Below, piece after piece: positions 22,314 through 32,019 of a stretch of 64,000 bases of DNA. Under the pieces are notes generated by a model. That model made no database searches. It saw only the letters and a list, made by a program, of their open reading frames with translations, and was not told the origin of the DNA. The translations under genes and the position numbers were made by a program. The first letter of the stretch is position 1; each line of letters begins with the position of its first letter. Source of the stretch: Candidatus Omnitrophota bacterium (GTDB lineage Bacteria > Omnitrophota > Gorgyraeia > VGKH01); assembly GCA_022703055.1 (NCBI GenBank), contig JAKLEP010000001.1, forward strand, positions 346,850-410,849, written 5' to 3'.

Positions 22314-22493
22314 ATGCATATGGCACAGACAAAAATATGCCCTATTTGCAAGAAAAGAGTTGAAGAAGGCATGATAGACACCTGCGAGTCGGCTTATAAA
22401 TATGTTATTGATAGCATAAAGAGAGACCATCCTAATTGGGTCGAAAAAGATGGCGCATGCCCCAAATGCGTTGAGTATTACAAGAAAATGTGA
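22314..22493 (+). CDS. Small zinc-ribbon protein (59 aa, absent from the ORF track)
   Basis: ATG 22314 preceded by SD AAGGAGAG. Translation MHMAQTKICPICKKRVEEG...DGACPKCVEYYKKM carries CxxC...CxxC. Fills an otherwise empty gap between genes. Confidence 0.55.
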   Translation: MHMAQTKICPICKKRVEEGMIDTCESAYKYVIDSIKRDHPNWVEKDGACPKCVEYYKKM

Positions 22494-22509
22494 TCTAAAA
22501 GGAGCCACG

Positions 22510-23022
22510 ATGAAAAAATATATTTTTTTAGTTTTCTCTATAACGATTATTTTAGCCGCTTCTTTTGTGTTGGCTCAGGAGGGGGGAGAGAAAATGAAGC
22601 TTTCAAGCCCGGAGTTTAAAAATAATGAGTTTATCCCCGCGAAATTCAGCTGCCTTGGAGCGGATATCAATCCTGTTTTGATTATAGATTCTGTTCCCAA
22701 AGGGACAAAAAGTTTGGCTTTGATTGTCGATGACCCTGACGCGCCCATGGGGACATGGGTGCACTGGGTATTATTTAATATTCCGCCTATCCCCAAGATA
22801 GAAGAAAATAACATCCCCGGCGAGCAATCGATGAATAGTTTTGGCAGGGAAGATTATGGCGGACCGTGTCCTCCGTCGGGAGTGCACCGTTATTTCTTCA
22901 AACTATACGCGCTGGATACTGAATTTGAGCCAGGTCAAATCAAAAATAAGGCGTCATTAGAAGAAGCCATGAAATCGCATATTTTAGATAGCGCGGAATT
23001 AATCGGATTATTTAAAAAATAA
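22510..23022 (+). CDS. PEBP/YbhB-YbcL family (Raf kinase inhibitor-like) protein, secreted
   Basis: Signal peptide. Motifs VDDPDAP..GTWVHW and GPCPPSGVHRY. Start moved to ATG 22510 (SD AAGGAG). Confidence 0.8.
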   Translation: MKKYIFLVFSITIILAASFVLAQEGGEKMKLSSPEFKNNEFIPAKFSCLGADINPVLIIDSVPKGTKSLALIVDDPDAPMGTWVHWVLFNIPPIPKIEENNIPGEQSMNSFGREDYGGPCPPSGVHRYFFKLYALDTEFEPGQIKNKASLEEAMKSHILDSAELIGLFKK

Positions 23023-23027
23023 AGATT

Positions 23028-24104
23028 ATGCAGCAAAGTAAAGTTTTTTTTGTTTCCGTTTCCGATGCCGATAGCATAAGCCAGAGAAACGATAAGCTCT
23101 CCCGCCTGCTCGCCGCCGCCAAGCTATTTTCAAAAATCAAAAAGGATAAGTTAGTTGCGATAAAACTTCATTTTGGCGAAGAAGAAAATGCCGGTTTTGT
23201 TAATCCAGTGTTTGTTAAAACCATAGTAAACGATATTAAGAAGCAGAGCTCGAGAGTTTTTCTTACCGATACCAACGCCCTCTACAAAGGAAGCCGTACC
23301 AATACCATCGACCATTTAGGTCTTGCCTACAGGCATGGTTTTGTCCCGGATAAAGTCGGCGTCCCAGTAGTCATCGCCGACGGAGTTAAAAGCGATGAGG
23401 ACCAGCAGGTAAAAATAAACGGCGATTTGATCAAATCCGCATATATTGCCACTGCTATATCTAAGGCCGATGCGATCGTTGCGCTTTCTCATTTCAAAGG
23501 CCACATAATGACCGGATTTGGAGGAGCGATTAAGAATTTAGGAATGGGTTGCGCTTCGCGCAGAGGAAAATTGGTTCAGCATGGCGGTATAGCACCGGTA
23601 GTGATGGCAGAAAGATGCATTGCATGCTCAGCTTGCATTGAGAATTGCCCGGTTGAAGCCATTAAATACGTTGATAAAAAAGCCAAAATAAGCCCTAAGA
23701 TTTGTATCGGTTGCGCCAGTTGCATCGCGATTTGTCCAGTCGCTGCTATAGAAGTAGAATGGGCCAGGGGTGCAGATACAATTCAACATAAAATAACCGA
23801 GTATGCCTTGGCAACAATTAAAGGCAAAGAAGATAGTCAAATTTATTTTAATTTTGCCATAAAGATTACTAAAGAATGCGATTGCCTTGCTAAAGACGAT
23901 CCCAAAATCTGTCCAGATATCGGAATTTTTGCCTCTTTTGATCCCGTGGCAATTGACCAGGCTTGCGTAGATAAAATCATTGCAGTAAGCGGAAGGGATA
24001 TTTTTATGGAACAGCATCCTGGTAGGGATTGGAATAAGCAACTCCAGCATGCAGAGAAAATCGGCCTGGGCAATAGGATATATGAATTGGAAGAGGTAAG
24101 ATAA
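23028..24104 (+). CDS. DUF362 domain protein with an inserted 2x[4Fe-4S] ferredoxin domain
   Basis: 358 aa. Two CxxCxxCxxxCP motifs (CIACSACIENCP, CIGCASCIAICP) embedded in a DUF362-like scaffold. Confidence 0.65.
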   Translation: MQQSKVFFVSVSDADSISQRNDKLSRLLAAAKLFSKIKKDKLVAIKLHFGEEENAGFVNPVFVKTIVNDIKKQSSRVFLTDTNALYKGSRTNTIDHLGLAYRHGFVPDKVGVPVVIADGVKSDEDQQVKINGDLIKSAYIATAISKADAIVALSHFKGHIMTGFGGAIKNLGMGCASRRGKLVQHGGIAPVVMAERCIACSACIENCPVEAIKYVDKKAKISPKICIGCASCIAICPVAAIEVEWARGADTIQHKITEYALATIKGKEDSQIYFNFAIKITKECDCLAKDDPKICPDIGIFASFDPVAIDQACVDKIIAVSGRDIFMEQHPGRDWNKQLQHAEKIGLGNRIYELEEVR

Positions 24105-24134
24105 TAATACCTCGCCTCAAAAACTACTTTTTAC

Positions 24135-24163
24135 TTGAGAAACCTGCCGAATCGTGATAAAAT
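24135..24163 (+). promoter_or_regulatory. Sigma70-type promoter upstream of pilD
   Basis: TTGAGA, 17 nt spacer, TAAAAT. Confidence 0.45.
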
Positions 24164-24188
24164 CTAGAAATCTAAGAAAGGCAAAGAG

Positions 24189-25058
24189 ATGCAAATTCTG
24201 ATAAGTATATTTGTTTTTATTGTTGGAGCTTTTATCGGCAGCTTCTTGAATGTGTGTATTTACCGTATGCCTCGGGAGATGTCCATCAAAAAGCCTGCGA
24301 GGTCGTTCTGCCCGAATTGCAAAAAAACCATTCCCTGGTACGATAATATCCCGCTTGTGAGTTTCATACTTTTAAAGAGACACTGCCGTTTCTGTGGGGC
24401 AAAAATTTCCTGGAGATACCCACTAGTAGAGTTGATTACTGCGTTTTCATTTTTGATTTTATTAAAATATTTGGGTTTTGGCTGGCCGTTGTTTGTTTAC
24501 GCTATATTCATATCATTTTTGATTGTCGCGATTTTTACGGATTTGGATTTCAGGATTATTCCCGACGAGATAAGTGTTGGTGGGTTATTCACAGGGATAC
24601 TGCTTAGCGCGATTTTCCCTTTTATGCACGGGACGGCCGTTTATAAAATATCGGTTTTGCGCTCATTCTTAGGAATCCTTGTTGCCGGGGGAGTGCTTTA
24701 TTTATTTGCGGTTGTGGGTGATTTTTTGTTTTTTAAAGTCGGTGATTTTATCAGCCAGAAATTATTCAAGAAAGAAATATACCTGAAGCAAGAATTTGAG
24801 GAAGGCGAAGAACCGTCCACCATGGGCGGAGGAGATATCAAGCTTCTTGCGATGATCGGGGCTTTTATGGGATGGCAGCAGGCAATCCTGTCTTTATTCC
24901 TGGCATGTATTCTGGGCGGACTTATCGGTATAATCGTAAAGATAAAAACCAAGGGCAGCCTTATTCCTTTTGGTCCTTTTATTGCAATGGGAGCGATCAT
25001 AAGCTTCTTTTTCAGTAAACAGTTAATCGTCGGATTTTATTCGCTTTTTTATCTATAA
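24189..25058 (+). CDS. pilD: Prepilin peptidase (A24 family, type IV leader peptidase/N-methyltransferase)
   Basis: 289 aa. Zinc motif CPNC...CRFCG, DNIPLVSF, catalytic-Asp contexts (FTDLDFRIIPD, GGGDIKL). Polytopic. Confidence 0.85.
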   Translation: MQILISIFVFIVGAFIGSFLNVCIYRMPREMSIKKPARSFCPNCKKTIPWYDNIPLVSFILLKRHCRFCGAKISWRYPLVELITAFSFLILLKYLGFGWPLFVYAIFISFLIVAIFTDLDFRIIPDEISVGGLFTGILLSAIFPFMHGTAVYKISVLRSFLGILVAGGVLYLFAVVGDFLFFKVGDFISQKLFKKEIYLKQEFEEGEEPSTMGGGDIKLLAMIGAFMGWQQAILSLFLACILGGLIGIIVKIKTKGSLIPFGPFIAMGAIISFFFSKQLIVGFYSLFYL

Positions 25059-25073
25059 ATAGGAGGAAATAAA

Positions 25074-26111
25074 ATGTTACGTTTATTATCTGCGGGAGAG
25101 TCGCACGGTGCGGCGCTCTTAGCTATCTTAGAAGGCATGCCTGCTGGCTTAAAAGTAGATAAAGGATTTATCGACCAGGAACTAAAGCGTAGGCAATCCG
25201 GATACGGCCGCGGACCAAGGATGAAAATAGAGCAGGATAGAGTAGATATTCTTTCCGGTATAGCCAGAGGGAAAACCATCGGTAGCCCAATTGCTTTAAA
25301 GATTGATAATCGCGATTCTAGCATCGATAAATTACCGAAAGTTTTGGCTCCTCGTCCGGGGCACGCTGATTTAGCCGGCGCATTAAAATATGATTTTAAT
25401 GATATACGTTTCGTATTGGAGAGGGCATCGGCCAGGGAAACTGCCATAAGAGTAGCGGCGGGAGCTCTGTGCAAGACTTTCTTGAAAGAATTCAGGATCG
25501 TCGTCTCAAGCAGGCTTTTGATGGTGGGCGGCGAGTCTACCGAGTCAAGAATGAAGCAAAAAATAGACGAGGCCAGGCAAAAACAGGATACGCTTGGCGG
25601 ATCATTCGAAGTCGTGGCTCAAGGCGTTCCTGTCGGGCTTGGTAGCTATGTCCAGTCAGATAAAAGGCTTGACGCAAGATTAGCAGCTGTGGTTATGTCT
25701 ATCCCGGGGATAAAGGCGGTAGAAATTGGTCTTGGTGCTGAGTCAGCCAATAGAATGGGTTCAGAGGTCCACGACGAGATATTCTACTCGAAGTCCAAAG
25801 GTTTCTATCGCAAGACCAATAATGCCGGTGGCATTGAAGGCGGAATTAGCAACGGCGAGCCGATAGTCGTGCGCGCCTATATGAAGCCGATTTCTAGCCT
25901 CGCCCAGCCGCTTGATTCCGTGAATATTATTACCAGGAAACCGACAAAGGCGGCTATCCAGAGAGCAGATATCTGTGCGGTTTTGGCGGCAGGAGTGATT
26001 GCTGAAGGGGCGGTGGCTTTTGTGCTATCCGATGCTTTCTTAGAGAAATTCGGTTCTGATAGTCTTTCTCAGATAAAACGCAGCTTTCAAGGATATATAA
26101 ACAGCCTTTAA
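25074..26111 (+). CDS. aroC: Chorismate synthase
   Basis: 345 aa. Motifs LLSAGESHG, SGYGRGPRM, ERASARETA. Confidence 0.9.
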   Translation: MLRLLSAGESHGAALLAILEGMPAGLKVDKGFIDQELKRRQSGYGRGPRMKIEQDRVDILSGIARGKTIGSPIALKIDNRDSSIDKLPKVLAPRPGHADLAGALKYDFNDIRFVLERASARETAIRVAAGALCKTFLKEFRIVVSSRLLMVGGESTESRMKQKIDEARQKQDTLGGSFEVVAQGVPVGLGSYVQSDKRLDARLAAVVMSIPGIKAVEIGLGAESANRMGSEVHDEIFYSKSKGFYRKTNNAGGIEGGISNGEPIVVRAYMKPISSLAQPLDSVNIITRKPTKAAIQRADICAVLAAGVIAEGAVAFVLSDAFLEKFGSDSLSQIKRSFQGYINSL

Positions 26112-26129
26112 ATTAGGCAGAATAGAGTG

Positions 26130-26171
26130 GACGGCCCGGCCAGGAAATCTGGCCGGGCCGTCTATTTCTTT
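26130..26171 (+). terminator. Rho-independent terminator after aroC
   Basis: Perfect 14 bp stem GACGGCCCGGCCAG/CTGGCCGGGCCGTC with loop GAAAT, followed by TATTTCTTT. Confidence 0.85.
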
Positions 26172-26174
26172 GGG

Positions 26175-26203
26175 TTGACATTACCAGCTTATTATGGTAG
26201 AAT
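26175..26203 (+). promoter_or_regulatory. Near-consensus sigma70 promoter for the aroK-dprA-topA-xerC run
   Basis: TTGACA, 17 nt spacer, TAGAAT, directly after the terminator. Confidence 0.6.
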
Positions 26204-26240
26204 TCACTTTGCGTAAAAACCCCTTGATTTGATTAAAGTT

Positions 26241-26753
26241 ATGCAAATGAAGAAGAATATAGCTCTGGTTGGTTTTATGGGCTCGGGAAAGAGCGCGGTT
26301 GGTAAGGCTTTGTCCCGTAAGCTAGGCATGATTTTTATTGATTTAGACGAGGCCATAGTTGAAAGAGAGCATAGGTCCATAAATGATATTTTTGTCAAAG
26401 AAGGCGAGCCATATTTTCGTAAAATTGAAAAAGGGGTCATCAAAGAGATGTCCCAGCGCGAAGGCCTGGTTATCGCCTGCGGCGGAGGGGTAGTTTTGGA
26501 CAAAGACAATATGGCTAATCTGAAGCGTAACGGTGTGGTTGTATACCTTGAGGCTTCGCCGGAAGTTATCTTTGAGCGTACAAAAAATTATACCCATCGG
26601 CCGCTTCTTAATGTAGATGATCCCAAGAAACAAATTGAGGATATTCTAAGGGCAAGAATTCCGTTTTATAGCCAAGCCGATTATGCTATAGACACTTCAA
26701 AATCAACCATAGACGAAGTAGTCGATAAAATCCTGGAGATTCTACGCACATGA
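26241..26753 (+). CDS. aroK: Shikimate kinase
   Basis: P-loop GFMGSGKSAVG. Start is ambiguous (TTG 26229, ATG 26241 or ATG 26247). Confidence 0.85.
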   Translation: MQMKKNIALVGFMGSGKSAVGKALSRKLGMIFIDLDEAIVEREHRSINDIFVKEGEPYFRKIEKGVIKEMSQREGLVIACGGGVVLDKDNMANLKRNGVVVYLEASPEVIFERTKNYTHRPLLNVDDPKKQIEDILRARIPFYSQADYAIDTSKSTIDEVVDKILEILRT

Positions 26754-27856
26754 CCGAAAAAGAAGCGCTTATCGCCATAAATACAGTTTCCGGTATAGGA
26801 AGTATTAAGTTGAAAAGATTGCTTGACCATTTTGGCAGCGCCGAAAAGATATTCTCAAGCTCGAAAAAGGAATTAGCAGCCCTTTCTGGCATCTCAGAGA
26901 AAATAGCGCAAGATATTTTGAAGGCTTCAGACGCAAAAGCCTTAAAAGAAGAAGAGGATTTAATCAAAAAACATAATGTTAAGATTATTAGTATCCTCGA
27001 TAACGATTATCCGGTAAATTTAAAGAATATCCCTGATCCGCCACCGGTTTTGTACGTAAAAGGCGATATCATCCCTCAAGATGATTTCGCGATTGCCATC
27101 GTAGGTTCGCGTAGAGCATCTTTTTACGGATTATCCACAGCCGAAGACTTCGCCCAAAAATTGGCAAGCGTAGGAATAACTATTATTTCCGGCCTGGCCA
27201 GAGGCATAGATTCTAGCGCTCACCGAGGAGCTTTGAAGGCTAAGGCCAGAACGATTGCGGTCTTAGGAAGCGGTCTGGCTAGCATTTATCCCCCGGAAAA
27301 CAAAATGCTTTCTGATGAGATTTCTAGAAGCGGGGCAGTGGTTTCCGAATTCCCTATGAAGATTAAGCCGTTGGCTTATAATTTTCCCCGTCGCAATAGA
27401 ATCATAAGCGGATTGTCATTAGGCGTAGTGGTAGTTGAGGCCTCGCGAAACAGTGGAGCGCTCATTACCGCCGACAACGCCCTGGAACAAGGAAGGGAAG
27501 TTTTTGCCGTGCCGGGAAAAGTTGATTCCGCGACTTCCTTCGGTACAAATTTACTTATCAAACAGGGGGCCAAGCTTGCATCCAGCATTGAGGATATTAT
27601 CGAGGAATTAAAGCTTTGTTTTAAGAACCGGATTAAAGAAATCGAAAATAAAACAAGACTGACAGAAGATTATAGCCTTTCAGATATTGAATCAAAACTT
27701 TTTGGTGCGATTTCCGACGTTCCGAAACATATCGATGAGATAGCTCAGGAATCAGGATTAAATATTGATTCTACCTTATCGATGTTGATACACATGGAGC
27801 TAAGGCATATTATCAGGCAATTACCAGGAAAATTATTTGTGAGGAAAAATGGCTAA
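26750..27856 (+). CDS. dprA: DNA-processing protein DprA (Smf)
   Basis: 368 aa. Motifs AIVGSRRAS.YG, SGLARGIDS.AH, RNRIISGLS. Confidence 0.85.
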   Translation: MTEKEALIAINTVSGIGSIKLKRLLDHFGSAEKIFSSSKKELAALSGISEKIAQDILKASDAKALKEEEDLIKKHNVKIISILDNDYPVNLKNIPDPPPVLYVKGDIIPQDDFAIAIVGSRRASFYGLSTAEDFAQKLASVGITIISGLARGIDSSAHRGALKAKARTIAVLGSGLASIYPPENKMLSDEISRSGAVVSEFPMKIKPLAYNFPRRNRIISGLSLGVVVVEASRNSGALITADNALEQGREVFAVPGKVDSATSFGTNLLIKQGAKLASSIEDIIEELKLCFKNRIKEIENKTRLTEDYSLSDIESKLFGAISDVPKHIDEIAQESGLNIDSTLSMLIHMELRHIIRQLPGKLFVRKNG

Positions 27857-29855
27857 AAAATTAGTTATTGTTGAATCTCCGGCAAAAGCAAAGACCATAA
27901 ATAAGATTTTAGGCGATGATTTTGTAGTTGAATCATCGATGGGTCATATCGTGGATTTGCCCGCCAAGAAGATGGGGGTGGACCTTAAGGCGAATTTCAA
28001 ACCCACCTTTGTGGTTATCCCGGGAAAGAAAAAAGTCTTAAGCGCCTTAAAGAAACTCGCTAAAGATAAAGAAAAGATTTATATCGCTACTGATCCTGAT
28101 CGCGAAGGCGAGGCTATCGGATGGCATATAAAAAATAATTTAGGCAAAAAGCATTTCTTGCGGGTAGTGTTTCATGAAATAACCCAAGAGGCCGTTGCCG
28201 ATGCCTTCAAGCATCCCGCCACTATTGATATTCATAAAGTTAATGCACAAACCACGCGCAGAGTATTAGATAGAATCGTTGGTTATTTATTGAGCCCACT
28301 TTTGTGGAAAAAAGTCGGCTCAGGCTTAAGCGCTGGAAGGGTGCAGTCGGTAGCTCTTCGTTTAATCGTAGATAGAGAGCAGGAAATAAAGAATTTTATC
28401 CCGCAGGAATACTGGACCATCGAAGCGGAATTAAAAAAGAAAACTGAAAGCCACGAAAAAACATTCATCGCGCAATTAGACAAGAAAGACAATAAGAAAC
28501 TTGAGATTAATAATGAGGCGAGTGCGCAGTCAATCCTCGAAGAACTTAAAAAAGAACAGTTTATTGTATCGGATATAACCAAAACCAATAAGAAAAGAAA
28601 TCCTTACGCGCCTTTCATAACCAGTACGCTCCAGCAGGATGCTTTCAATAAGCTAGGCTTTACTGCCAACCGGACCATGATTTCCGCCCAGCAATTATAC
28701 GAAGGTATTGATCTGGGCAAGGAGGGTCCTGTCGGTTTAATTACTTACATGCGTACCGACTCGGTGATGGTGGCTAAGTCAGCGATTACGCAGGTCCGTA
28801 GTTATATTGCCAAGAATTTCGGCGATAAATACCTTCCCGAAAAACCAAATTTCTATAAACCCAAGAAATCTGCCCAGGAGGCGCATGAGGCAATCCGTCC
28901 AACGAGCCTTAAACACGATCCTGAAGAAGTAAAACAGTTTTTAACCGAAGATCAGTATAAGCTTTACAGTCTTATCTGGAGGAGATTTGTCGCCAGCCAG
29001 ATGAAGCCGGCGGAATTCCTGGTTACTTCCGTCCAGATTACCGCGGGAAAATATACTTTTAGGGCCAGTGGCTCTAAATTAGTATTTGATGGCTTCCTTA
29101 AGGCCTATCGCGTCGAAGATGATGAAGAAAATGAGAAGTATTTTCCCAGCCTTAGCGTAAAAGAAATCTTGGATTTAATCACGATCAATCCTTCTCAACA
29201 TTTCACTAAGCCGCCGCCAAGATATTCAGACGCAAGTTTAGTTAAAGCATTGGAAGAAGACGGAATTGGCAGGCCCAGCACCTATGCCCCGATTATCCAG
29301 ACGCTGGTCTACAGAAATTATGCCCACCGCGAAAGCGGATATTTTATTCCAAGCGATTTGGGAGTTATTATTGTCGAACTCCTGGTAAAGCATTTCCCGA
29401 AAATTATGGATGTAGGATTCACCGCAAAGATCGAGGAGCACTTAGACCAGGTTGAGGAAGGAAAACTAAGAAGGCTTAGCGTTATCAATGATTTTTACAA
29501 GCCTTTCAAGAAATCTTTGGATTTTGCCCAGGAGACGGTCAAGAAGACCCAGATTTTTGTCGATGAGAAATGCCCTCAATGCGGAAAGCAACTCATGGTT
29601 AAATGGGGCAGGCATGGAAGATTTATCAGCTGTTCCGGTTTTCCAGAATGCCGATTCTCCAAGGCATTTACCACCGGCGTAAAATGCCCGGAACCAGGTT
29701 GCGGCGGAGAATTGGTCGAGAGGCGCTCAAAGAGAGGAAAAAGATTTTACGGTTGCAGCAATTATCCCAAGTGCAGGCATACCGCTTCAAGAATCAAGCA
29801 GCCGACCGCTCAACCGCAAAAAGAACAGATAGAAGAAGGGGAGATCGAGCCTTAA
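27849..29855 (+). CDS. topA: DNA topoisomerase I
   Basis: 668 aa. TOPRIM N-terminus LVIVESPAKAKTI. Also DPDREGEAI, YMRTDS and C-terminal Cys4 zinc ribbons. Confidence 0.95.
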   Translation: MAKKLVIVESPAKAKTINKILGDDFVVESSMGHIVDLPAKKMGVDLKANFKPTFVVIPGKKKVLSALKKLAKDKEKIYIATDPDREGEAIGWHIKNNLGKKHFLRVVFHEITQEAVADAFKHPATIDIHKVNAQTTRRVLDRIVGYLLSPLLWKKVGSGLSAGRVQSVALRLIVDREQEIKNFIPQEYWTIEAELKKKTESHEKTFIAQLDKKDNKKLEINNEASAQSILEELKKEQFIVSDITKTNKKRNPYAPFITSTLQQDAFNKLGFTANRTMISAQQLYEGIDLGKEGPVGLITYMRTDSVMVAKSAITQVRSYIAKNFGDKYLPEKPNFYKPKKSAQEAHEAIRPTSLKHDPEEVKQFLTEDQYKLYSLIWRRFVASQMKPAEFLVTSVQITAGKYTFRASGSKLVFDGFLKAYRVEDDEENEKYFPSLSVKEILDLITINPSQHFTKPPPRYSDASLVKALEEDGIGRPSTYAPIIQTLVYRNYAHRESGYFIPSDLGVIIVELLVKHFPKIMDVGFTAKIEEHLDQVEEGKLRRLSVINDFYKPFKKSLDFAQETVKKTQIFVDEKCPQCGKQLMVKWGRHGRFISCSGFPECRFSKAFTTGVKCPEPGCGGELVERRSKRGKRFYGCSNYPKCRHTASRIKQPTAQPQKEQIEEGEIEP

Positions 29856-30715
29856 TGCAGCGGCATATCGATAAATTTGTGGCGTATCTAGAAATCGAGA
29901 AAAATGCCTCGGCGCATACGATATTAAACTACAAACTTGACCTTACCGAATTCGCCAACTTCTTAAAAGATACTACCGTAGACAAAATCGATTATCTATC
30001 CTTAAGGAAATACCTGGCGTTCTTAAAAGAGAAAAATCTAAAATCCCGCACCCTGGCAAGAAAAGTTTCATGCCTGAGGACATTTTTTAAATTCTTATCC
30101 CGCGAAGGCTATATCAAATCTAATCCGGCTACATTATTATTGACGCCGAAATTAGACAAACGCCTTCCCCAGTTTCTTACCGAGGATGAAATGCTAAAAC
30201 TCCTAGAGGCGCCGCCCAAAGACGGGGAATCGGGATTAAGAGACAGGGCAATTATGGAGACTTTTTACAGCACGGGCATGAGAATAAGCGAGCTTGTGGG
30301 CTTAAACATGGATGACATTGATTTTATCTCCGGCGTTGTAAAAGTAAGAGGCAAGGGAAAGAAAGAAAGGCTCCTGCCCATAGGAGAAAAGGCGCTTAGC
30401 GCATTGCGCCAATACATAGATAATAGAAAAGAAAAGACCAAAGAGGTATTCTTAAACAAGAATGGCACAAGGATTACCGATCGCGGCGTAAGGGACATAC
30501 TGGAGAAATATATAAAGCTTACCAGCCTAAAAGAAAATATTTCCCCGCATACCCTTAGGCATACTTTCGCCACGCATCTGTTGAACCACGGGGCGGATTT
30601 AAGATCGGTCCAGGAACTCTTGGGCCATGTCAACCTTTCCACCACCCAGATTTATACGCATTTGTCTACGGAAAGATTGAAGAATATCTACGACAAAACT
30701 CATCCGCGAGCTTAA
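29855..30715 (+). CDS. xerC: Tyrosine recombinase XerC/XerD family
   Basis: Start at ATG 29855 (TAATG overlap with the topA stop). The track's 29603 extension lies inside topA. Motifs ARTLARK, HTLRHTFATHLL, LGH...TQIYTH. Confidence 0.85.
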   Translation: MQRHIDKFVAYLEIEKNASAHTILNYKLDLTEFANFLKDTTVDKIDYLSLRKYLAFLKEKNLKSRTLARKVSCLRTFFKFLSREGYIKSNPATLLLTPKLDKRLPQFLTEDEMLKLLEAPPKDGESGLRDRAIMETFYSTGMRISELVGLNMDDIDFISGVVKVRGKGKKERLLPIGEKALSALRQYIDNRKEKTKEVFLNKNGTRITDRGVRDILEKYIKLTSLKENISPHTLRHTFATHLLNHGADLRSVQELLGHVNLSTTQIYTHLSTERLKNIYDKTHPRA

Positions 30716-30726
30716 ATTAAAATAAA

Positions 30727-32019
30727 ATGTTTATAATCTACGACATAATTTTTGTTTTATTGCACCTATTTTATTTGCCTTTTTTTATCTTCCGGCGCAA
30801 ATTCCATAAGGGATTTTTATCCCGATTGGGATTTTTGCCCGAGGATTTAATCACGAAGTTAGGCGGGAATAAACACATCTGGATTCATGCGGTAAGCGTA
30901 GGAGAAGTCCTGGTCGCTTCAAAATTAATCGAAAGTATCAAGCAACAATGGCCACAGGAGAGAATTGTTATTTCAACTGTCACCCCCACGGGAAACCGCA
31001 TCGCCCAGTCTTTGGCCAGCGACAAGATTACCGTCATGTATTTTCCTCTGGATTTTAGTTTTATCGTCAAGAAAATCATTCATAAGATTAAGCCAATGAT
31101 TTTCATAACCGCCGAAACCGAAATCTGGCCCAATATCATAAGCTATCTTTATGCCAAACACGTCCCAATCGTTATAGTCAACGGCAGGATCTCCAAGCGT
31201 TCCTTCTGGGGGTATAAAAAAATCAGGTTCCTTTTAAGAAGCACTCTTAGGAGGATCGCTCTTTTCTGCATGCAGACGCCGGAAGATGCCGAAAGGATTA
31301 TCTATCTTGGCGCGCCAAAGGAAAGAGTAAAGTTTGTGGGTAACCTGAAATTCGATGAGAAATTGCCGGAGTATAGCTGTGATTCTGAATGTTTGGGCCT
31401 TAGAGAAAATGACATGCTTTTTATCGCCGGTAGCACCCATCACAACGAAGAGGAAATGGTATTTAAAATTTATCGGGATCTGGTTAAGAATTATCCTCGC
31501 CTGAAATTGATGATAGCTCCCCGCCATCCCGAAAGGGCAGACTCTATTGCCAGTGTAATCAGTGCAAATAATTTCAAGGTTATAAAGTTCTCCGGTATTA
31601 AGAACCATAAGATTAATCTGGCAGCCTACGCGAATTACGTTTTTCTTGTAGATACAATCGGAGATTTAAAAAGCCTATATAATTTAGCTACAGTAGTTTT
31701 TGTGGGCGGCAGCCTCGTTGATAAAGGCGGCCACAACATAATTGAGCCGGCATATTTTTCTAAGCCGATAATTTTTGGCCAGCATATGTCTAATTTTCAG
31801 GATATGGCCGATCTGTTTTTAAGAAAGAATGCCGCTATCAGGGTTAAAACCGATAAAGAATTGGCAAATGCGGTCAAGATATTGTTAGATAGCGCAATAA
31901 AAAGGCAAAAGCTCGGGGAAAATGCCAGAATAATCGTCGACGAAAACAAGGGAGCGACGCAAAGGACCGTCGAGCAGATAAAAAAAGTATTAGCTTCCTA
32001 TGAGAGAATACCTGTATAG
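30727..32019 (+). CDS. waaA: 3-deoxy-D-manno-octulosonic acid (Kdo) transferase
   Basis: 430 aa. N-terminal anchor. Motifs WIHAVSVGEV and VGGSLVDKGGHN. Confidence 0.9.
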   Translation: MFIIYDIIFVLLHLFYLPFFIFRRKFHKGFLSRLGFLPEDLITKLGGNKHIWIHAVSVGEVLVASKLIESIKQQWPQERIVISTVTPTGNRIAQSLASDKITVMYFPLDFSFIVKKIIHKIKPMIFITAETEIWPNIISYLYAKHVPIVIVNGRISKRSFWGYKKIRFLLRSTLRRIALFCMQTPEDAERIIYLGAPKERVKFVGNLKFDEKLPEYSCDSECLGLRENDMLFIAGSTHHNEEEMVFKIYRDLVKNYPRLKLMIAPRHPERADSIASVISANNFKVIKFSGIKNHKINLAAYANYVFLVDTIGDLKSLYNLATVVFVGGSLVDKGGHNIIEPAYFSKPIIFGQHMSNFQDMADLFLRKNAAIRVKTDKELANAVKILLDSAIKRQKLGENARIIVDENKGATQRTVEQIKKVLASYERIPV

